A program made the translations under genes and the position numbers. Under the pieces are notes generated by a model. The model was not told where the DNA came from. It made no database searches and saw nothing but the letters and a program-made list of their open reading frames with translations. This document shows, piece by piece, positions 16,473 to 20,000 of a stretch of 20,000 nt of DNA; the first letter of the stretch is position 1, and the number at the start of each line of letters is the position of its first letter. Location: the IMG/VR virus record IMGVR_UViG_3300025778_000013; one strand, written 5' to 3'. Source of the DNA: an uncultured virus (IMG/VR IMGVR_UViG_3300025778_000013) (lineage: Duplodnaviria; Heunggongvirae; Uroviricota; Caudoviricetes).

Positions 16473-17435
16473 ATGACGGTAATTATTGATGGTACGAACG
16501 GCATAACGCCAACACAATGGACTACTGCTGGTAGACCGTCTTCTCCTGCTCTTGGACAGTCTGGATGGAATACTACACTTTCAGTTTTTGAAATTTGGCA
16601 AGGAAGCATTTGGCAACCTGTTGCATCAAATTCATATTCTATTTCTTATTTAATTGTAGCCGGTGGCGGTGGTGGAGGTTGCACAGGCGGTGGTGGTGGC
16701 GCAGGTGGATTATTGGCAACTACAGCAACGCTATCAACTGGAACAAATTACACAGTTACCGTAGGGGCAGGGGGAACAGGAGCAACTAATTATACATCTT
16801 TTGGATCTAATGGGGCTAATTCTTCAATTTCAAGTTTAACTACCGCTATTGGCGGTGGTGGCGGTGGTAGCAATGGAACAGGTTATGGAACTGGTCAAAA
16901 TGGTGGTTCAGGTGGTGGTGGTGGTTTTACAAGCGCTGGAATAGGTGCCGGTGGTTCTGGCACATCTGGACAAGGCTATGCAGGTGGTTCATCTACAAAC
17001 GCTTCATTGTATGGTTCAGGTGGTGGTGGTGGCGCAAGTGCAATAGGCAGTAATGGTACAACTACAATAGGTGGTAATGGTGGTAATGGCGCATCTTCTT
17101 CAATTACTGGTGCAGCAATAAGCTACGCTGGTGGCGGTGGTGGTGCCATTCAAACTTCTGGTGGTACTGCTGGTATTGGCGGTACTGGGGGCGGGGCAAA
17201 TGCTACAAATGTAAGTACAACCCCAACCGCTGCAATTGCTAATTTTGGCGGCGGTGGCGGCGGCTCAGGATATTCAACTGGTTATGTTGCTGGTGGTAAT
17301 GGCGGTTCTGGTGTTGTTATTCTTTCTGTGCCAACTACAAATTATTCTGGCACTTATACAGGCACACCAACCATAACAACTTATGGTGCTTACAAAATAT
17401 TGCAATTTAATAGCTCTGGCTCATATACGGCTTAA
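16473..17435 (+). CDS. Glycine-rich domain virion protein (paralog 2)
   Basis: AAGGA RBS; WTTAGRPSSP N-terminal module; YLIVAGGGGGG...GGSGVVIL...FNSSGSYTA. Confidence 0.75.
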   Translation: MTVIIDGTNGITPTQWTTAGRPSSPALGQSGWNTTLSVFEIWQGSIWQPVASNSYSISYLIVAGGGGGGCTGGGGGAGGLLATTATLSTGTNYTVTVGAGGTGATNYTSFGSNGANSSISSLTTAIGGGGGGSNGTGYGTGQNGGSGGGGGFTSAGIGAGGSGTSGQGYAGGSSTNASLYGSGGGGGASAIGSNGTTTIGGNGGNGASSSITGAAISYAGGGGGAIQTSGGTAGIGGTGGGANATNVSTTPTAAIANFGGGGGGSGYSTGYVAGGNGGSGVVILSVPTTNYSGTYTGTPTITTYGAYKILQFNSSGSYTA

Positions 17436-17444
17436 GGACAAATA

Positions 17445-18635
17445 ATGGCTTCAACTATTAATGCCGATAATGGCGTCATATCAGGAATAACAGGGATTCG
17501 CACAACTGCGGATAACTCAGGCAACCTTGCACTCCAAGCTAATGGCGTAACGCTTTTAACTGTAGCTACAAATAACACAACTACTTTTGGTGGCACCGTT
17601 TCGCTTTCTAATTTAAGCAGCTCTACTGGCGTAATTAACGCTGCTTCTGCTACTGGTGGTTTTGTGGTACCTACCGGCACAACTGCGCAACGCCCAGCAA
17701 ACGTAACCGCTGGAACAATTCGTTACAACACCGACACAAATAAAACAGAAATTTGGTCTGGCACAGCTTGGACTACTATTACTGCACAAAACGTAACTGC
17801 TTCGTATCTATTAGTTGCTGGTGGCGGCGGTAGTGGTGATGCTTTATCGGGCGGTGGTGGAGCAGGGGGTCTTTTATCTGGTACTGCTACATTAATTCCT
17901 GGGACTGTGTACTCTTTTACAATTGGTGCAGGTGGTGCTGGAGGAGCGGTAACAAGTACATATATTTATGGAAATGCAGGTAGTAACAGCACTGGACTAA
18001 CTTTAACAGCTATTGGTGGTGGCTACTCTAACGCTTATAGTAATGGTGGTAGCTTAAACGGACCTAATGGTAATGGTGGTGCTGGCGGTTCGGGTGGCGG
18101 TGGTGGAACAACTGACTCAGGAGGCGGTGGAGGTCCTTGGTCTGGTGGCGCTGGTACATCTGGACAAGGTAATGCTGGCGGAACAGGTAACGCAAATACT
18201 GTTGCGGGGTATCCTTCGGGCGGCGGTGGCGGTGCTGGCGGTGCCGGTGGTAATTCTGCAGGAAGTGCAGCGGGTAATGGTGGTATTGGTATATCTTCTT
18301 CTATAACTGGAACCGCAGTTTATTATGCCGGTGGCGGTGGTGGTGGCTGTCAGTCAGCAAGTGGGTCTACTCCTGGCTCTGGTGGCTCAGGCGGCGGCGG
18401 AAATGGAAGCGGAAATGCGGTAGGAACTGCTGGAACTGCTAATACTGGTGGCGGTGCTGGTGGTTCTGGGTATGGTTCAGGCCACCCTGGTGGAGCAAAT
18501 GGAGGCTCAGGAGTTTTTATTTTATCCATACCAACATCTCAATATACAGGAACAACCACCGGCTCACCAACCGTTACAACTAGTGGTAGCAACACCATTC
18601 TTAAATACACAACTAGCGGTACTTACACAGCATAG
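17445..18635 (+). CDS. Glycine-rich domain virion protein (paralog 3)
   Basis: AAGGA RBS; VPTGTTAQRP..GTIRYNTD..EIWSGTAW module; YLLVAGGGG...GGSGVFIL...YTTSGTYTA. Confidence 0.75.
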   Translation: MASTINADNGVISGITGIRTTADNSGNLALQANGVTLLTVATNNTTTFGGTVSLSNLSSSTGVINAASATGGFVVPTGTTAQRPANVTAGTIRYNTDTNKTEIWSGTAWTTITAQNVTASYLLVAGGGGSGDALSGGGGAGGLLSGTATLIPGTVYSFTIGAGGAGGAVTSTYIYGNAGSNSTGLTLTAIGGGYSNAYSNGGSLNGPNGNGGAGGSGGGGGTTDSGGGGGPWSGGAGTSGQGNAGGTGNANTVAGYPSGGGGGAGGAGGNSAGSAAGNGGIGISSSITGTAVYYAGGGGGGCQSASGSTPGSGGSGGGGNGSGNAVGTAGTANTGGGAGGSGYGSGHPGGANGGSGVFILSIPTSQYTGTTTGSPTVTTSGSNTILKYTTSGTYTA

Positions 18636-18643
18636 GGTAGACC

Positions 18644-19945
18644 ATGTTCGGTTTTAGCCCATTTGCTTCAGCCCCCTTTGCAGATACAGGTGGCATAACT
18701 TCAGTACCGGCGTCAGTTACGCTTACTGGTGTAGTAGGCCGTGGACAAGTAAACTCTGTATCAACAACTGCAACTGCAAACACAACGCTTAATGGCGTAG
18801 TCGGTCTTGGTCAAATAAACAACGTATCGTTTATTACAACCGTTAATATTTCGCTTACTGGATTAAATGGCCCCGGACAGGTAAACAACGTAGTAGCAAC
18901 AGGTGCGGCAAACGACTATCTAGCAGGTATATCTGCGCCAGGACAGGTCAATAGTGTTTCTTTTGCTTCAGGTGCTAACGCTTCTGTAACTGGAATATCT
19001 GCGCCGGGCCAAGTTAATAGTGTAGCCGAAACCGGTACCGCAAACGCAAACCTTTCTGGAATTAATGCGCCGGGCCAAGTTAATTCCGTTTATGCTCAAA
19101 CTCCTGACGCTAGGATTTTCTTAAGTGGTGTAGTAGGTTTAGGGCAAGTTGGGTTTATATCGGCTCAAGATGATGGAAGAGTTGGCGTAATTGGTCTGGT
19201 TGGTTTAGGACAAGTTGGTTCTGTAACAGTAGCCGCCAACGCAAATGAGTATTTATCCGGAATAAATGCGCCTGGACAAGTAAACAACGTAACTGTCAAT
19301 GAAGACGGAATTATCTCGGTAACAAGCGTAACCGCAATTGGGCGAACTGGCACTTTAACCGCCGCAGGCACTGCAAACACCCTACTAACTGGAATATCTG
19401 GGCCAGGCCAAATAAACAGCGTAGTAGCTAAAGGCGCTGCAAATGACTATCTATCGGGTATTAATGCCCCAGGACAAATCAATTCTGTAACCCCAGCAGG
19501 TGCAGCAAACTTTGCTGTAACGGGCGTTCAAGGAATTGGTCAAGTACATTCCGTATCTGTTGCTGGTGGAGTTGGTGTAAATGTAACAGGCATCACAGGT
19601 CTAGGCGAAGTTAATTCCGTAACCATAGGGTTATCTGCATCTGTACAAGTAACGGGCGTTCAAGGAATTGGTAGGGTTGGCTCTGTATATGCGTCAGTAA
19701 GCAAAAATGTATTTGTATCTGGAGTACAAGCAGTAGGTATTGTAGGGTCAGTGACCGCTAACGGTACAGCAAATATCTACTTAACAGGAATAGTTGCACC
19801 GGGTATAATTGGACAAGTCCTTGTTTGGGGTCAAATTCCTGACGACCAAAACCCTAATTGGACAAATATTGACGATTCTGGTACAGATGGGTGGACGGCA
19901 ATTGATGATTCAGAAACCGCAAATTGGGAACTTATAGCAGCATAA
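18644..19945 (+). CDS. Repeat-containing fibre/shaft-like structural protein
   Basis: MFGFSPFASAPFA N-terminus, 17 tandem repeats of about 22 aa, and a Trp/Asp C-terminal repeat. Confidence 0.75.
   Translation: MFGFSPFASAPFADTGGITSVPASVTLTGVVGRGQVNSVSTTATANTTLNGVVGLGQINNVSFITTVNISLTGLNGPGQVNNVVATGAANDYLAGISAPGQVNSVSFASGANASVTGISAPGQVNSVAETGTANANLSGINAPGQVNSVYAQTPDARIFLSGVVGLGQVGFISAQDDGRVGVIGLVGLGQVGSVTVAANANEYLSGINAPGQVNNVTVNEDGIISVTSVTAIGRTGTLTAAGTANTLLTGISGPGQINSVVAKGAANDYLSGINAPGQINSVTPAGAANFAVTGVQGIGQVHSVSVAGGVGVNVTGITGLGEVNSVTIGLSASVQVTGVQGIGRVGSVYASVSKNVFVSGVQAVGIVGSVTANGTANIYLTGIVAPGIIGQVLVWGQIPDDQNPNWTNIDDSGTDGWTAIDDSETANWELIAA
18722..19821 (+). repeat. Degenerate 66-nt (22-aa) coding tandem repeat, about 17 copies
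   Basis: Consensus [LV][TS]G[IV]x[AG][PLI]GQ[VI][NG]SVxxxxxANxx; counted by eye from LTGVVGRGQ to LTGIVAPGI. Confidence 0.85.
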
Positions 19946-19954
19946 AGGACAAAC

Positions 19955-20000
19955 ATGGCATCTACATACAGCACAAGCCTAGGGCTTGAATTAATCGGTC
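19955..20000 (+). CDS. Start of next (probably tail) gene, 3'-truncated
   Basis: AAGGA RBS, then ATG at 19955 (MASTYSTSLGLELIG...), open to the window edge. Confidence 0.65.
   Translation, partial: MASTYSTSLGLELIG

Noticed and set aside
14339..18635. Diversity-generating retroelement TR/VR pair among the Gly-rich paralogs
   Set aside because: There is no reverse transcriptase in the window, similarity is patchy, and differences are not adenine-specific.
14339..18635. PE-PGRS or collagen-like annotation
   Set aside because: There is no PE domain and no Gly-X-Y periodicity; phage tail context better explains the Gly runs.
864..19380. Many alternative-frame and antisense ORFs in the track (e.g. 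928..1257, 3442..3774, 4565..5146, 6578..6766, 14995..15264, 19165..19380)
   Set aside because: They lie within or largely overlap well-supported genes, lack recognisable motifs, and are explained as shadows of biased codon usage.
18722..19821. CRISPR-like array (66-nt periodicity)
   Set aside because: The repeats are degenerate at synonymous positions and in frame within a CDS; there is no invariant repeat with unique spacers and no cas genes.
1..20000. Stop-codon reassignment or capsid-gene frameshift extension
   Set aside because: Genes tile densely under the standard code using TAA, TAG and TGA stops; no slippery site is apparent at the capsid 3' end, which is followed by a terminator.

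Overview
This window is the virion morphogenesis region of a tailed dsDNA phage or prophage (Caudoviricetes). It has a P22/podovirus-like head module, and the gene order resembles uncultured freshwater/marine proteobacterial phages (inference). On the + strand the order is: portal (5'-truncated), small conserved ORF, GroES-like co-chaperonin, scaffold-like protein, two head-associated ORFs, major capsid protein and a terminator. An antisense GNAT acetyltransferase + HNH cassette follows, then a sigma70-like promoter and a compact multi-pseudoknot RNA candidate abutting an RBS. Next come small Lys/Gly-rich proteins with a recurring hydrophobic-x-x-G-G motif, two head-tail adaptor-like proteins, tail/structural proteins, three paralogous glycine-rich proteins, a 22-aa-repeat fibre-like protein and the start of another tail gene. 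Three unrelated free-standing HNH genes each overlap an expression signal of a neighbour. The most notable items are the structured RNA at 6986-7058, the GG-motif basic protein cluster and the antisense GNAT-HNH cassette. All product calls come from motif recognition and synteny; no database search was run.
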